This document shows positions 48,924-58,384 of a DNA stretch of 64,000 bases, piece by piece. The notes below the pieces were generated by a model. It was not told the DNA's origin. It did not search any database and worked only from the letters and a program-made list of their open reading frames with translations. The stretch comes from an uncultured Verrucomicrobiae bacterium (GTDB lineage Bacteria > Verrucomicrobiota > Verrucomicrobiia > Chthoniobacterales > JAFAMB01), in contig CAVXLD010000005.1 of assembly GCA_963762565.1 (NCBI GenBank), positions 128,001 through 192,000 on the forward strand. Direction: 5' to 3'. Each line of letters begins with the position of its first letter. Positions within the stretch are counted from its first letter, which is position 1. The position numbers and the translations under genes are program-made.

Positions 48924-49711
48924 TCATTCTGACGGAGGATGGCTTCAAGGGGGCTGGTGGCCTCGGCGCTGTTGCGTTCGTGACCAAGACCGACTTCGTA
49001 GGCCATGCGGCCGGCCTCAACCGCGCTCTTGAAAGCCATGGCCATGCGAACGGGGTCAGAAGCGATGGCGATAGCGGTGTTCACAAGTACGCCGTCCGCG
49101 CCGATTTCCATAGCTTCCGCGGCATGGCTAGGTGCACCCAGGCCCGCGTCCACAATCACCGGGACGAGCGCCTGATCAATGATGATACGAATCAGGTCAC
49201 GAGTACGCAGGCCTTGGTTGCTGCCAATGGGTGAGCCGAGCGGCATCACGGTAGCCGTACCGACTTCCTCGAGACGCTTCGCCAGAACGGGATCAGCATT
49301 GATGTACGGCAACACCACAAAACCCTCTTTTACAAGTCTTTCCGCGGCGAGAAGGGTCTCAATCGGGTCTGGCAACAAGTAATGGGGATCAGGATGGATC
49401 TCCAGCTTGACCCATTTGGGCAGCCCTGCCGATGCCGCTAATCGAGCGAGACGAACGGCTTCATCCGCGTTCATGGCTCCGCTGGTGTTCGGCAGCAGCA
49501 AGTACCGAGCGGGATCGATAAAATCCAAAATGTTGGCAAAAGGATCATGGCGCCCGGACAGATCGGCTCGGCGCAGAGCGACCGTTACAATCTGGGTGCC
49601 GCTCGCTTCGAGCGCATCTCGCATTAGTAGGTTGCTAGGGAACTTGCCGGTTCCGACCAGTAGGCGGGATTGGAACTCGCGGTCGGCAATACGAATAGGC
49701 ACACTCTGCAT
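48920..49711 (-). CDS. thiG: Thiazole synthase
   Basis: [29 protein letters not shown] and VLVNTAIA. Confidence 0.96.
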   Translation of the reverse strand: MQSVPIRIADREFQSRLLVGTGKFPSNLLMRDALEASGTQIVTVALRRADLSGRHDPFANILDFIDPARYLLLPNTSGAMNADEAVRLARLAASAGLPKWVKLEIHPDPHYLLPDPIETLLAAERLVKEGFVVLPYINADPVLAKRLEEVGTATVMPLGSPIGSNQGLRTRDLIRIIIDQALVPVIVDAGLGAPSHAAEAMEIGADGVLVNTAIAIASDPVRMAMAFKSAVEAGRMAYEVGLGHERNSAEATSPLEAILRQNE

Positions 49712-49773
49712 AGCTATAATGATTTCGATTCTCCGGCTCTTCTGCTTGTAAAACGAATTTAGTGACTTGCCGC

Positions 49774-49801
49774 TTGAACAGTGACACGCCGCCTTTAATC
49801 T
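49774..49801 (+). promoter_or_regulatory. Putative sigma70 promoter, leaderless (TTGAAC-16-TAATCT)
   Basis: The -10-like box lies 7 nt before GTG 49809. Confidence 0.45.
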
Positions 49802-49808
49802 CACCCTT

Positions 49809-50369
49809 GTGAGGCTCGAGGGCGAAGAGAAATTCAACGTCAGTGGAAAACTTTTGTTGGCCCATCCTTCGTTGAAGGATCCTAACTTTCGGCGAGCGAT
49901 CCTCTTTATCTCGAGTCATGAGGAGAATGTGGGAGCCTTTGGTGTGGTCATTAACCGGCCCACCCATCAAAAACTGGCTGATTTCGTGGTTGAAGCCGAT
50001 TTACCCGGGTTAGCTGGTGTTCCGGTGTACGAAGGTGGACCGGTCTCATCGAACGAGTTGATCTTGATGGGTTTCCTCGGGGAGGCAAGTGAGGGGCCGG
50101 ATCGTTTCCAAGTGCCTTTGTCGATCCCGGATGCCGAAGAGATATTGCGGGAAAAGCGTGGTTTTGTGCGGGCGTTCCGTGGGTATGCCGGCTGGGACCC
50201 TGGACAGCTGGAGGGAGAGCTGGGCCAAAATGCCTGGTTTGTTCGGGAAGTCGATGCCGAGTTCATGGCCGGAGAACCCGACCAAACGCTCTGGCTGCGG
50301 TTTATGAAGGGCCAGGGGCCAGTTAATTATTTGTTGGCGCTGGCGCCGGACGATCCGTCTCTGAACTGA
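49809..50369 (+). CDS. YqgE/AlgH (DUF179) family protein
   Basis: DPNF.R, GVVINRP, GGPV, GYAGW..GQLE.E and PSLN. Confidence 0.92.
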   Translation: MRLEGEEKFNVSGKLLLAHPSLKDPNFRRAILFISSHEENVGAFGVVINRPTHQKLADFVVEADLPGLAGVPVYEGGPVSSNELILMGFLGEASEGPDRFQVPLSIPDAEEILREKRGFVRAFRGYAGWDPGQLEGELGQNAWFVREVDAEFMAGEPDQTLWLRFMKGQGPVNYLLALAPDDPSLN

Positions 50370-50574
50370 CGGCGTTCGGCGTTCGGCGTGATCACCTGTG
50401 GGCGTAGCAGACGATGGCACAGGACGCCGCGAATCCGCGCTGCGACCGAATGGGACTTATAGGACCTATAGGACCTATGGGTCATCCCATTAGTCCCATC
50501 AGTCCTATAGTCCGATCCGCTCGCAGCGTCCAACGCCGAACGCCAAACGCCAAACGCCGAACGCCAAACGCCAA
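50370..50574. repeat. Palindromic element: CGCCRAA heptamer arms around an ATAGGAC-family core
   Basis: Core gaccgaatgggacttataggacctat...gtcctatagtccgatccgctcgcagcgtccaacgc. Confidence 0.88.
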
Positions 50575-50618
50575 CTGTTGAGTTGCCGCAGACGCTTCTA
50601 CGGGATAAACAGGGCAGC

Positions 50619-51716
50619 ATGAAGATTGGCGTTCCCAAGGAGATTAAAGAACAAGAACATCGGGTTGCGTTGCTACCGTCCGTTGTTTATCTGCTGACGC
50701 GCTTGGGGCATGAAGTGTTCGTAGAACGGGACGCTGGCGCCGGAGCGGGATTTCCGGACGAGGAATACGCGCAGGCCGGTGGCAAAATCCTCGACGATCA
50801 TGGTTCTGTCTTTGAGCAAGGTGACCTTGTCATCAAGGTCAAAGAGCCGTTGCCTTCGGAGTATCCGCTACTGCGAGAAGGCCAGATCCTTTTCACTTAC
50901 CTGCATCTAGCCGCGAACAAAACGCTGACGGAGGCTTTGATGCGCAGCGGCGTAACCGCGGTGGCGTATGAGACGGTAGAGATCAACCGTCGACTGCCGC
51001 TGCTGGAGCCGATGAGTGAGATCGCCGGACGAATGTCCATCATTGTAGGCGGATATTTCCTGGCCAAACATCGTGGTGGAAAAGGGGTGCTGTTGGGGGG
51101 AGTGCCAGGAGTGTTGCCCGGAAACGTGATCGTGATCGGCGGCGGGACGTCGGGAATCAACGCGACCCGGATGGCTACGGGCTTGGGAGCGGATGTCACA
51201 ATCCTGGAGGTGGATATCGAACGAATGCGGTTTCTCGATATTACGATGCATACGGCGCACACGCTTTATTCGAGTGAGGCGCATCTTCTGGAGATCTTGC
51301 CTCGAGCTGATCTTTTGATCGGAGCGGTCTTGGTGCCCGGAGCCAGGGCGCCGCGACTGATTACCCGGGAGATGTTGCGGATGATGCGGCCGGGTAGTGT
51401 GCTTGTGGATATAGCGATCGATCAGGGTGGATGCTGCGAAACCTCGAGGCCAACAACGCACGACAATCCGATCTACGAAGAAGAAGGGATCATTCATTAT
51501 TGCGTGGCGAATATGCCCGGAGCTTATGCCCGGACAGCAACTCAGGCGCTGACCAATGTGACGGCGCGGTTTGTTGAGTTTTTGGCGGAAGGTCTCTCGG
51601 CGGCGATTAAGAAACAACCCGCTATCGTCGGTGGAATCAATGTAATGGATGGTAAGGTCAGGAACGAAGCGGTCGCGCAAGCGCATGGACTGCCGTATGC
51701 GCCACTCGATTATTAG
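50619..51716 (+). CDS. ald: Alanine dehydrogenase
   Basis: IGVPKEIK, KVKEP, FTYLHLA, PMSEIAGR, DIAIDQGG and HYCVANMPG. Confidence 0.96.
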   Translation: MKIGVPKEIKEQEHRVALLPSVVYLLTRLGHEVFVERDAGAGAGFPDEEYAQAGGKILDDHGSVFEQGDLVIKVKEPLPSEYPLLREGQILFTYLHLAANKTLTEALMRSGVTAVAYETVEINRRLPLLEPMSEIAGRMSIIVGGYFLAKHRGGKGVLLGGVPGVLPGNVIVIGGGTSGINATRMATGLGADVTILEVDIERMRFLDITMHTAHTLYSSEAHLLEILPRADLLIGAVLVPGARAPRLITREMLRMMRPGSVLVDIAIDQGGCCETSRPTTHDNPIYEEEGIIHYCVANMPGAYARTATQALTNVTARFVEFLAEGLSAAIKKQPAIVGGINVMDGKVRNEAVAQAHGLPYAPLDY

Positions 51717-51734
51717 CTCGCTTAGGCTCGCTCG

Positions 51735-51870
51735 AATAGCCGATAGGGCGCGGCGCGGAGCGAATGACAGATGACAGATGACAAATGACAGATTGGAAAC
51801 GGCGATGGCGTAGGCCGGCTATCGGACATTCGCTAAGCGCCGATGGGACCCATGGGGAATATAGGTCCCA
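51735..51870. repeat. GCCGATA, TGACAGA and ATGGGAC arrays
   Basis: tgacaga-tgacaga-tgacaaa-tgacaga at 51764-51791; atgggacccatggggaatataggtccc. Confidence 0.8.
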
Positions 51871-51896
51871 ATCATTTGTCTAGCGCCTGAGGTTGC

Positions 51897-52112
51897 TTAA
51901 TAGAACCAGCTGTAGGCGGGGTTGGAGTCGTTGGTGGTTTCGTGAGTCGCGCTGGCCTTTTGGTCGATGTAGTTGGCGGTTTGCTTTTGGGTGTTCGGCG
52001 TCAACGTGGTACAGGCCATAAGGGCTAGGCAACTAACCATTGTAGAGTGCAATAGATGGTTAGCTAGTTTTGGGATTTTGTTAGTCGAGTTCATCGGATT
52101 GGGTAGGTTCAT
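51897..52112 (-). CDS. Small hypothetical protein, possible lipoprotein
   Basis: Purine-rich RBS-like stretch upstream; LALMAC lipobox-like motif; aromatic C-terminus PAYSWFY. Confidence 0.45.
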   Translation of the reverse strand: MNLPNPMNSTNKIPKLANHLLHSTMVSCLALMACTTLTPNTQKQTANYIDQKASATHETTNDSNPAYSWFY

Positions 52113-52164
52113 TGTTACCCTTCTTCGATATATACCGAGCAGGACGCTGATCTATTCCAGTAGC

Positions 52165-53757
52165 CTAGAATTGCACGATATGGACGGAGCGAACGTTGGG
52201 GTTCTGCAACGCGGCTTGCAGGACCTCGTCGGGCGGAAGTGAGTCCAAATTGAGAACCGTCAGCGCCTTGCTATCTCCGTCGCCGCGACTGAGCGACATG
52301 TCGGCGATATTGATTTGGTGATTACCTAAAAGGGTTCCGATCTGACCGACGATTCCAGGGACGTCGTTGTTCTCGAAAATCATCAGCGTACCAACCGGGC
52401 GTGCCTCAACAAAGCGGCCATTAATGCGAACAATGCGAGGGGAAGCGCCCACGAAAGTTCCCGCCACAGATACCTTTTTCCCTTCACCTTCGACTTGCAT
52501 CTCGATGAGATCCGTGAATTCGCCAGTCACGTTTTCTTTTGTCTCAATGACCCGCAGCCCAAGGTTCTGCGCGAGTGAAGTGACGTTCACTTGATTTACA
52601 TCGGGGCCGCCGGCTTCTTCGAGAAAACCTTTCAGCGCATAGCGGGAAACGGGTGAGGTTTCCACTTCGTTCACTTTGCCGCTATAATTGATGTGGAATT
52701 GATCGCAACGTTTCGGCGCGAGCTGCCGTAACAGGCGACCGAGGCGTTCTGCTAAATCCAGATAGGGCCGAATGACGGCAAGAGTCTTAGCGTCAATATT
52801 AGGAACATTGACGGCATTCCTAATAACGCCGTCCAGTAGCACGGAACGGATGGCTTCGGCGATCTCGATTCCGACGCTCTCTTGGGCTTCAATGGTGGAC
52901 GCTCCTAGATGTGGGGTGCAGACTACATTAGGAAGGCGAAGCAACGGCAGATCTGCCGGAGGTGGTTCAGTTTCGAACACATCCAGCGCCGCGGCGGCGA
53001 TCTGGCCGCTGGTTAACGCGTCGTAAAGTGCTTCTTCGTCGATGAGTCCGCCCCGGGCGCAATTGATGACCCGCGCGCCCTTTTTCATCAGGGCCAACCG
53101 CTCCCGGTTGAGAACCGAGCGAGTCTCGGGAGTCATCGGCAAATGCAGAGTGACGAAATCCGCTCGCGCGAGTACTTCGTTGAGATTATCCAGCAGCTCG
53201 ACTTGCAGCGACCGGGCGCGAGTGGGAGAGAGATAGGGATCGTATGCTATCGGGAGCATACCGAAAGCGATCGCCCGGCGGGCAATCTCGCTGCCGATTC
53301 GTCCCATGCCAAGGATTCCCAACGTTTTACCACTGAGCTCAACCCCCTCGAAGCTCTTTCGGTCCCAGCGACCGGCCTTCACGCTCGCATCGGCCTGAGG
53401 GATGCTCCTGGCAATCGATACTAACAAAGAGAAAGCATGTTCGGCAGTTGATACGGTATTGCCTGCGGGCGTGTTCATCACGATGATCCCGCGTCGGGTG
53501 GCGGCTTCGACGTCCACATTATCAACGCCGACACCGGCGCGTCCGATGGCTTTCAACGATTTGGCGGCGCTGATCACCGGTGCGGTCACCTTGGTCTGGG
53601 ACCGGACCACGATGGCAGCGTACGACGAAATAACCTGAATGAGCTGTGGCTCTTTCAGGCCGGTTTGAACATCGACATCGAGCCGACCTCCGAGTCGAAG
53701 AGCTTCTACACCGCGTGGCGAAATGGCGTCGGCAACCAGGACTTTCTGGTTAACCAT
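52165..53757 (-). CDS. serA: D-3-phosphoglycerate dehydrogenase (ASB + ACT domains)
   Basis: RAGVGVDN, GMGRIG, NCARGG, TPHLGAST and C-terminal ACT (NDVPGIVG...INIA). Confidence 0.96.
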   Translation of the reverse strand: MVNQKVLVADAISPRGVEALRLGGRLDVDVQTGLKEPQLIQVISSYAAIVVRSQTKVTAPVISAAKSLKAIGRAGVGVDNVDVEAATRRGIIVMNTPAGNTVSTAEHAFSLLVSIARSIPQADASVKAGRWDRKSFEGVELSGKTLGILGMGRIGSEIARRAIAFGMLPIAYDPYLSPTRARSLQVELLDNLNEVLARADFVTLHLPMTPETRSVLNRERLALMKKGARVINCARGGLIDEEALYDALTSGQIAAAALDVFETEPPPADLPLLRLPNVVCTPHLGASTIEAQESVGIEIAEAIRSVLLDGVIRNAVNVPNIDAKTLAVIRPYLDLAERLGRLLRQLAPKRCDQFHINYSGKVNEVETSPVSRYALKGFLEEAGGPDVNQVNVTSLAQNLGLRVIETKENVTGEFTDLIEMQVEGEGKKVSVAGTFVGASPRIVRINGRFVEARPVGTLMIFENNDVPGIVGQIGTLLGNHQINIADMSLSRGDGDSKALTVLNLDSLPPDEVLQAALQNPNVRSVHIVQF

Positions 53758-55771
53758 GATTCAACTTCGTAAAGAACCCCTTTAATAACCCAAATCCCGG
53801 TCTTAATCCCAACCCGGACGCCCGTGTAGTTAGCGCCGGCTCAAGTTCTGCGTGCACCGTGCCGCGAGTTGCGCCGGATGGAACCTGAGCGCTGATTCGC
53901 TGCTGATAAAGAGAGAGTGCCATCAATGGCCAGGTATTCCTATACATATCGTACTTCAAGTAGAACACTTTTGGGAAACCGGTTCCAGTAATAAGCTCTT
54001 CATCCCAAGACCCATCGTTGTTCTGCGTCTTCAGCAGAAACTCAATTCCTCGGCGGATACTTTCCCGGTGACAGTCGCGGAACGAAAGTATCCCCATCAA
54101 GGCCCAAGCAGTCTGGGAAGGCGTGCTTCTTCCGCGACCTCGAAGTGAACTGTCCTCGTAGGAAGCGCAGCTTTCGCCCCAACCGCCGTCGGCGTTTTGA
54201 TGGCGTTCCAACCAATCGCGTCCGCGTCGGATCCAAGGTTCGTCCATGTTAATGCCGATAGCCTCAAGGCCCTTCAATACCTGCCAGGTACCATAGACGT
54301 AGTTAACACCCCAGCGACCATACCAGGCGCCATCGAACTCCTGGTGTTCGCGCAAGAGGCGTAAGGCGCGAACCACGACCGGATGAGAAGAATTGAACCC
54401 GTAAGTGCCCAATACCTCTAAGACTCTAGCGGTGATATTGCTGCAGGTCGGATCGAGAATCGCGTTGTGATCAGCGAACGGAACATACTCTAAAAGGCGG
54501 TTGGTTACGTCCTTATCGAAAGCGGCCCAACCGCCGTCCTTGCCTTGGAAACTAAGAAGCCACGTGAGCCCACGATCATACATCGCGGCGTCTTCAGACT
54601 CGTACCCCGCTGTCCGTAAAGCTAATAGCACCATCGCGGTGTCGTCGGCGTCCGGGTTGTAAGGGTTATTGAACTCGAAACACCAACCGGACGGTTCCGG
54701 CTTCGAGTTTCGGACTACCCAGTCACCGGGAATCCGCACTTCTCGGCGAGCAAGCCAATCGGTGGCGCGTTTGATCGGCTCATCGTTAATCGTTAACCCC
54801 GAGCGAGCCAGCACCAGAGTAGTGATCGCGGTGTCCCAGACAGGAGAAAAACAGGGTTGGATGCGGAACCCTTTCTTGTCCTCGACAAAAAGGGCCTTAA
54901 AATCGGCTTCTGCTTTCCGATAGAGCGGGTGCTCCGGGTGATAGCCCAGACAGCGCAGCGCAATCAGCGAGTTAAGCATGGCTGGGAAGATTGCGGCTAA
55001 GCCGTCGTTCCCGTCACCGATCCGTTCGATCATCCAACGTTCAGCGACTTGTAGCGCATATCGCCGAAACGGACGAATCTGATAGTCCTCACCAAACTTC
55101 AGGATGCGATCGATGAGGATGAAAAGCTTTTTTAGGCCCTTTGCCTGCAAACGCGGGGTTTTCTCGGGCGCCACGTACAGTTCTTTGATGCCCTGTTCTT
55201 CCGGAAGGCGATGAGTGTTTTTGTAATGGTTGATGATCGCAAGCGGGACCACCATTGAACGGGTCCAGGAAGAGACGGTATAGAAGTGAATCGGGGACCA
55301 CCGCGGCAGGATCAAGAATTCGACCGGTATGGTCGGGACCGCATCCCAAGGAACCTGGCCCAGGAGGGCGAGGTAAAGACGAGCATAAGTGTTCGTCTTT
55401 TCGATTCCGCCCAGAGCACGCGCACGTTCGCGCGCCTTTATCATTAGCGGGTGATTCGATGAGAATCCCGCAAGCTTGAGAGAAAAGTAGGCTTTGACCG
55501 TGGCATTAACTTCGGAGGGGCCTTCCGGATAGATGTTCCAACCTCCGTCAGGAAGTTGCCGTTCCAAAATGTGCCGCACGCATTTCGCTTCTAATTCCGG
55601 ATCGACATCGCCGGCCCAGTGCATGAAAGCGATGTAGTCGGAGCAAAGAGTGGAATCGACTACCAGCTCGCCGATCCAGTAACCGTCTGGGGATTGAAGA
55701 CTTAAGAGATGTTGTTGCGCCCTCGAGATTGCCGATCCTAGCAAGGAAAATAGCTCCGCAGAATTTACCAT
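53750..55771 (-). CDS. shc: Squalene-hopene cyclase
   Basis: QW repeats (Q.PDGGW, Q.ADGGW), SPVWDT, catalytic DADDTA and GTGFP. Confidence 0.95.
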   Translation of the reverse strand: MVNSAELFSLLGSAISRAQQHLLSLQSPDGYWIGELVVDSTLCSDYIAFMHWAGDVDPELEAKCVRHILERQLPDGGWNIYPEGPSEVNATVKAYFSLKLAGFSSNHPLMIKARERARALGGIEKTNTYARLYLALLGQVPWDAVPTIPVEFLILPRWSPIHFYTVSSWTRSMVVPLAIINHYKNTHRLPEEQGIKELYVAPEKTPRLQAKGLKKLFILIDRILKFGEDYQIRPFRRYALQVAERWMIERIGDGNDGLAAIFPAMLNSLIALRCLGYHPEHPLYRKAEADFKALFVEDKKGFRIQPCFSPVWDTAITTLVLARSGLTINDEPIKRATDWLARREVRIPGDWVVRNSKPEPSGWCFEFNNPYNPDADDTAMVLLALRTAGYESEDAAMYDRGLTWLLSFQGKDGGWAAFDKDVTNRLLEYVPFADHNAILDPTCSNITARVLEVLGTYGFNSSHPVVVRALRLLREHQEFDGAWYGRWGVNYVYGTWQVLKGLEAIGINMDEPWIRRGRDWLERHQNADGGWGESCASYEDSSLRGRGRSTPSQTAWALMGILSFRDCHRESIRRGIEFLLKTQNNDGSWDEELITGTGFPKVFYLKYDMYRNTWPLMALSLYQQRISAQVPSGATRGTVHAELEPALTTRASGLGLRPGFGLLKGFFTKLNHG

Positions 55772-55796
55772 GGTCCCGCCTCAAATATAGGTAGAA

Positions 55797-57107
55797 CTAC
55801 TCGCGAACCAACTCCGGATTTTGTACTGGTGGCGTGGACGCTGCGGAGACCCCATTAAATACTTCGGACAGCACCACTTTTCCTTTTGGGTTCGGCCGAG
55901 CTCCAAAATTGAAGATGATGTTCTTCCAGGTGTCACCTGGCTTGCCGTTAAGTCCCAAAGCCGCCGTCGGCTCGTAACCGCAATGGGTCATGCAGTTTTC
56001 GCAGCGCGGATCTTTGGCTACGCCGTCGACAACTCCATACTGGTCCCAGTCAACGTCATTCAGCATTTCCTTATAGGAAGGGTAATGGCCCTTGCCGGCC
56101 GTCAGGAAGTAGCAAGGCGCTTTCCAGCCCATGATGTTTCGGGTGGGGATGGCCCAAGCGGAACAAGTCAGATCGCGGTCGCCAGTCAGAAATTCCCAAT
56201 AGACCGGCGTCCCGAGCAGACGGAAACGTTTGCCCCAGGATTTGGCTTCGGAGAATTTTTCGATCGTGCTCCGCCGAGTCAGGAAGAAAGCGGAGGGATC
56301 AATACCGAGACGCTTCGCCATGTCTGTCTTCGCAGCGTCGTAGTCATATCCTGGAGTGACGGTGTGGCCATCCACGTCCAGATTCCCAAGATACTGCAAC
56401 AACGTCTCGATCTCTTTCATTTCGGTTTCCCGATAGACCGTGGTGTTGGTGGCGACCTGGTAACCAAGGATCTTGGCCATGCGAATCGCGAGTATGCACT
56501 CACGGAAGACGCCTTCCCGCTCAACGATGATGTCGTGAATCTTTTCTAAACCATCCAAGTGCACGTTCCAGTACATCCACTTTGACGGGGAAATGACTGG
56601 TTTCGATGCGTCCTTTGGCCCTTTTCGGATTTGTTCAACCTCGCTGGGCGCAACCAAATGTTCTTCGAGCAGTTTGCCAATAAGCGGCTCGATTTCCGCA
56701 GTACGTTTTTTGTGTTCGACCGCAAGATAGTCTCGCATTTTGCGCCGCATGAACATCGCGTTCGTGCAGATATAAACGATCCGGCCCTGCTGCCGCAGAC
56801 CCTCTACTAAAGCTTCAATCTGGGGATAGATCAGGGGCTCGCCGCCGCAGATTGAAACCATGGGCGCCTCGCATTCCGCAGCCGCCGAGAGGCAATCCTC
56901 CAGAGCCATCACATTCTTCATGGACGTGGAGTACTCCCGAATTCTTCCACAGCCTGTGCAGGTCAGATTGCAGGTATGAAGTGGTTCAAGTTGAAGTACT
57001 GTCGCGAACTTTTTCGTGCCCCGGAGTTTGTGACGCACGATGTGACTAGCGACTTTCAACGTAAGAGCCAAAGGAAACCTCATAGATAAAAGATTTAAGC
57101 GCGGCAT
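55797..57107 (-). CDS. hpnH: Hopanoid radical SAM adenosyltransferase HpnH (DUF3463)
   Basis: LEPLHTCNLTCTGCG, ICGGEPL, VHLDG and DPRCENCMTHCGYE; adjacent to shc; start may be ATG 57083. Confidence 0.9.
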   Translation of the reverse strand: MPRLNLLSMRFPLALTLKVASHIVRHKLRGTKKFATVLQLEPLHTCNLTCTGCGRIREYSTSMKNVMALEDCLSAAAECEAPMVSICGGEPLIYPQIEALVEGLRQQGRIVYICTNAMFMRRKMRDYLAVEHKKRTAEIEPLIGKLLEEHLVAPSEVEQIRKGPKDASKPVISPSKWMYWNVHLDGLEKIHDIIVEREGVFRECILAIRMAKILGYQVATNTTVYRETEMKEIETLLQYLGNLDVDGHTVTPGYDYDAAKTDMAKRLGIDPSAFFLTRRSTIEKFSEAKSWGKRFRLLGTPVYWEFLTGDRDLTCSAWAIPTRNIMGWKAPCYFLTAGKGHYPSYKEMLNDVDWDQYGVVDGVAKDPRCENCMTHCGYEPTAALGLNGKPGDTWKNIIFNFGARPNPKGKVVLSEVFNGVSAASTPPVQNPELVRE

Positions 57108-57468
57108 ACTAGCAGGCGCCAGTGGAGATTCAAGGTCTAGCTAAGTGTGGCATCAGATCGATTGTTGCATAATGCCCGATCTGCCCCTCGGCACAAAGCG
57201 CGTTGCATTGAATTATTTCGTACTTTGGTGAGTCTGGGTAGGTGTGTTACTTTTGACGGGCCACCCGCGAAAATTGTTCGCGTGTCCATGGATGTTTGAG
57301 TGGCGCGACGTCAATTTGGCGGAGGGGTCAGGGGACGGAGCGTACCGGAATAAGAAAAGTTAGGTACGTTTTTGCAAAAAAGACTACTAAATAAGTAGAC
57401 ATTATTTAGCCTGCGGGCTATATCTGTGAAACGGCTTCCGGATTTCGTAGCTGTACCAGGAGAAAAAA

Positions 57469-58230
57469 ATGGCGTCGACTTCTTCACCTCCTCGAACTCA
57501 GTTTTCCCGGCCGCCAGAGCCGGTGTTTGAGCCCCTAGAAAGTATTTCATCTTATCCTTCTCACTTGGTCCGTTGGCGAGAGTGCGCGGATTCGAGATAT
57601 AAGCTATCGAGTTACGTTTTTATCGGACAAAGGACGACCAATTTGCCGGTGCGGATGGCATTTGTGGCTGGTTTGCGGTCGCACGATGATTTGGCGCAGC
57701 GGGCGTTAGCGAAGTTGCTCGTGGAATTGGAGGTCGCGCCGTTGGTTGGGCGTGATTACGCGCTGTTTTCGTATGCGCTGACGCGTGAACCCAATGATGA
57801 GGGGGCTGAAACCTTCGGGAGCGATTGGTTGGATGAGTCGTCTGGGGTACAGCCGATCCTGCAAGTTCTTGAGTCGGATTTGGCGAGCAGCGATGTGGAT
57901 GGTTTTATCTCAATCGCAACGAACGAGCGAGTGAGCGGGTTCCAGTTCGAGACCGATAGCGAATTGATTGCGGCTGAAGTTGCGTGGCCGGCGTTAGAGG
58001 TGGCAGGCCGATTCGTTCCATTGGCAGACGAACCAGTTAAAGTTTTACCGAGCGCGGTTCTGCGCCGGCAAAGAGGGCTGGGGCGTGGGGTACCGAAACA
58101 GATGTTCGGTTTGACGTTGCGGACGCCGGAATTCTCAGGTGCGGTTGAGCAAGTTTCAGCCATCGTATTTTCTTCAATCCGGGTATTGCAGGAATATCGA
58201 AGGCTACGGCGGACAGTAGTGGATCTGTAA
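57469..58230 (+). CDS. Hypothetical protein, probable degenerate M14/deacylase-fold
   Basis: RMAFVAGLRSHD...DYALFSY...DGFISI resembles M14-like beta-strands without the Zn ligands; AGGAG RBS. Confidence 0.55.
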   Translation: MASTSSPPRTQFSRPPEPVFEPLESISSYPSHLVRWRECADSRYKLSSYVFIGQRTTNLPVRMAFVAGLRSHDDLAQRALAKLLVELEVAPLVGRDYALFSYALTREPNDEGAETFGSDWLDESSGVQPILQVLESDLASSDVDGFISIATNERVSGFQFETDSELIAAEVAWPALEVAGRFVPLADEPVKVLPSAVLRRQRGLGRGVPKQMFGLTLRTPEFSGAVEQVSAIVFSSIRVLQEYRRLRRTVVDL

Positions 58231-58237
58231 GCCCATT

Positions 58238-58370
58238 GTGGAGCGCTGCCTCGCTTGCGAGGCCGTCGGCATCATTGGTGGGGCGAGGCTCCCGAACGGC
58301 GGGTTACCTTTCTCCACGATCCTGACTAGTCTCAATGAATCGTGGGCAACGCCGACAGACGCGCCGAGCC
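58238..58370 (+). repeat. 42-mer-family REP followed by a solo split-REP half
   Basis: gtggagcgctgcctcgcttgcgaggccg (58238); GGTGGGGCGAGGCTCCC (58277), 69 nt, GCCGAGCC (58363). Confidence 0.8.
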
Positions 58371-58384
58371 GCGAAAGCCCCTTC

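Noticed and set aside
49712..49808. TPP riboswitch upstream of thiG
   Set aside because: The gap is only 97 bp, is shared with a divergent promoter, and shows no recognisable TPP-riboswitch core on the minus strand.
35585..50638. Small ORFs made of repeat translations (35585-35791, 39354-39653, 50327-50638; also 26044-26337, 27078-27368, 31376-31657)
   Set aside because: Peptides such as TNHQSPIT, STRSTKST, YRSYKSH and ICVICVIC are direct read-outs of the micro-repeat arrays, not evidence of genes.
57187..57208. Sigma54 -24/-12 promoter (CGGCAC...TTGC)
   Set aside because: The spacing between GGCAC and TTGC is 8 nt instead of the required 5.
2615..58370. Split-REP cores as CRISPR-like captured spacers or integron attC sites
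   Set aside because: The cores are diverged homologues of one another (pair 2 cores and the 27190 core align without gaps) rather than unique captures. The elements are dispersed and inverted, lack RYYYAAC...GTTRRRY ends, and no integrase is present.
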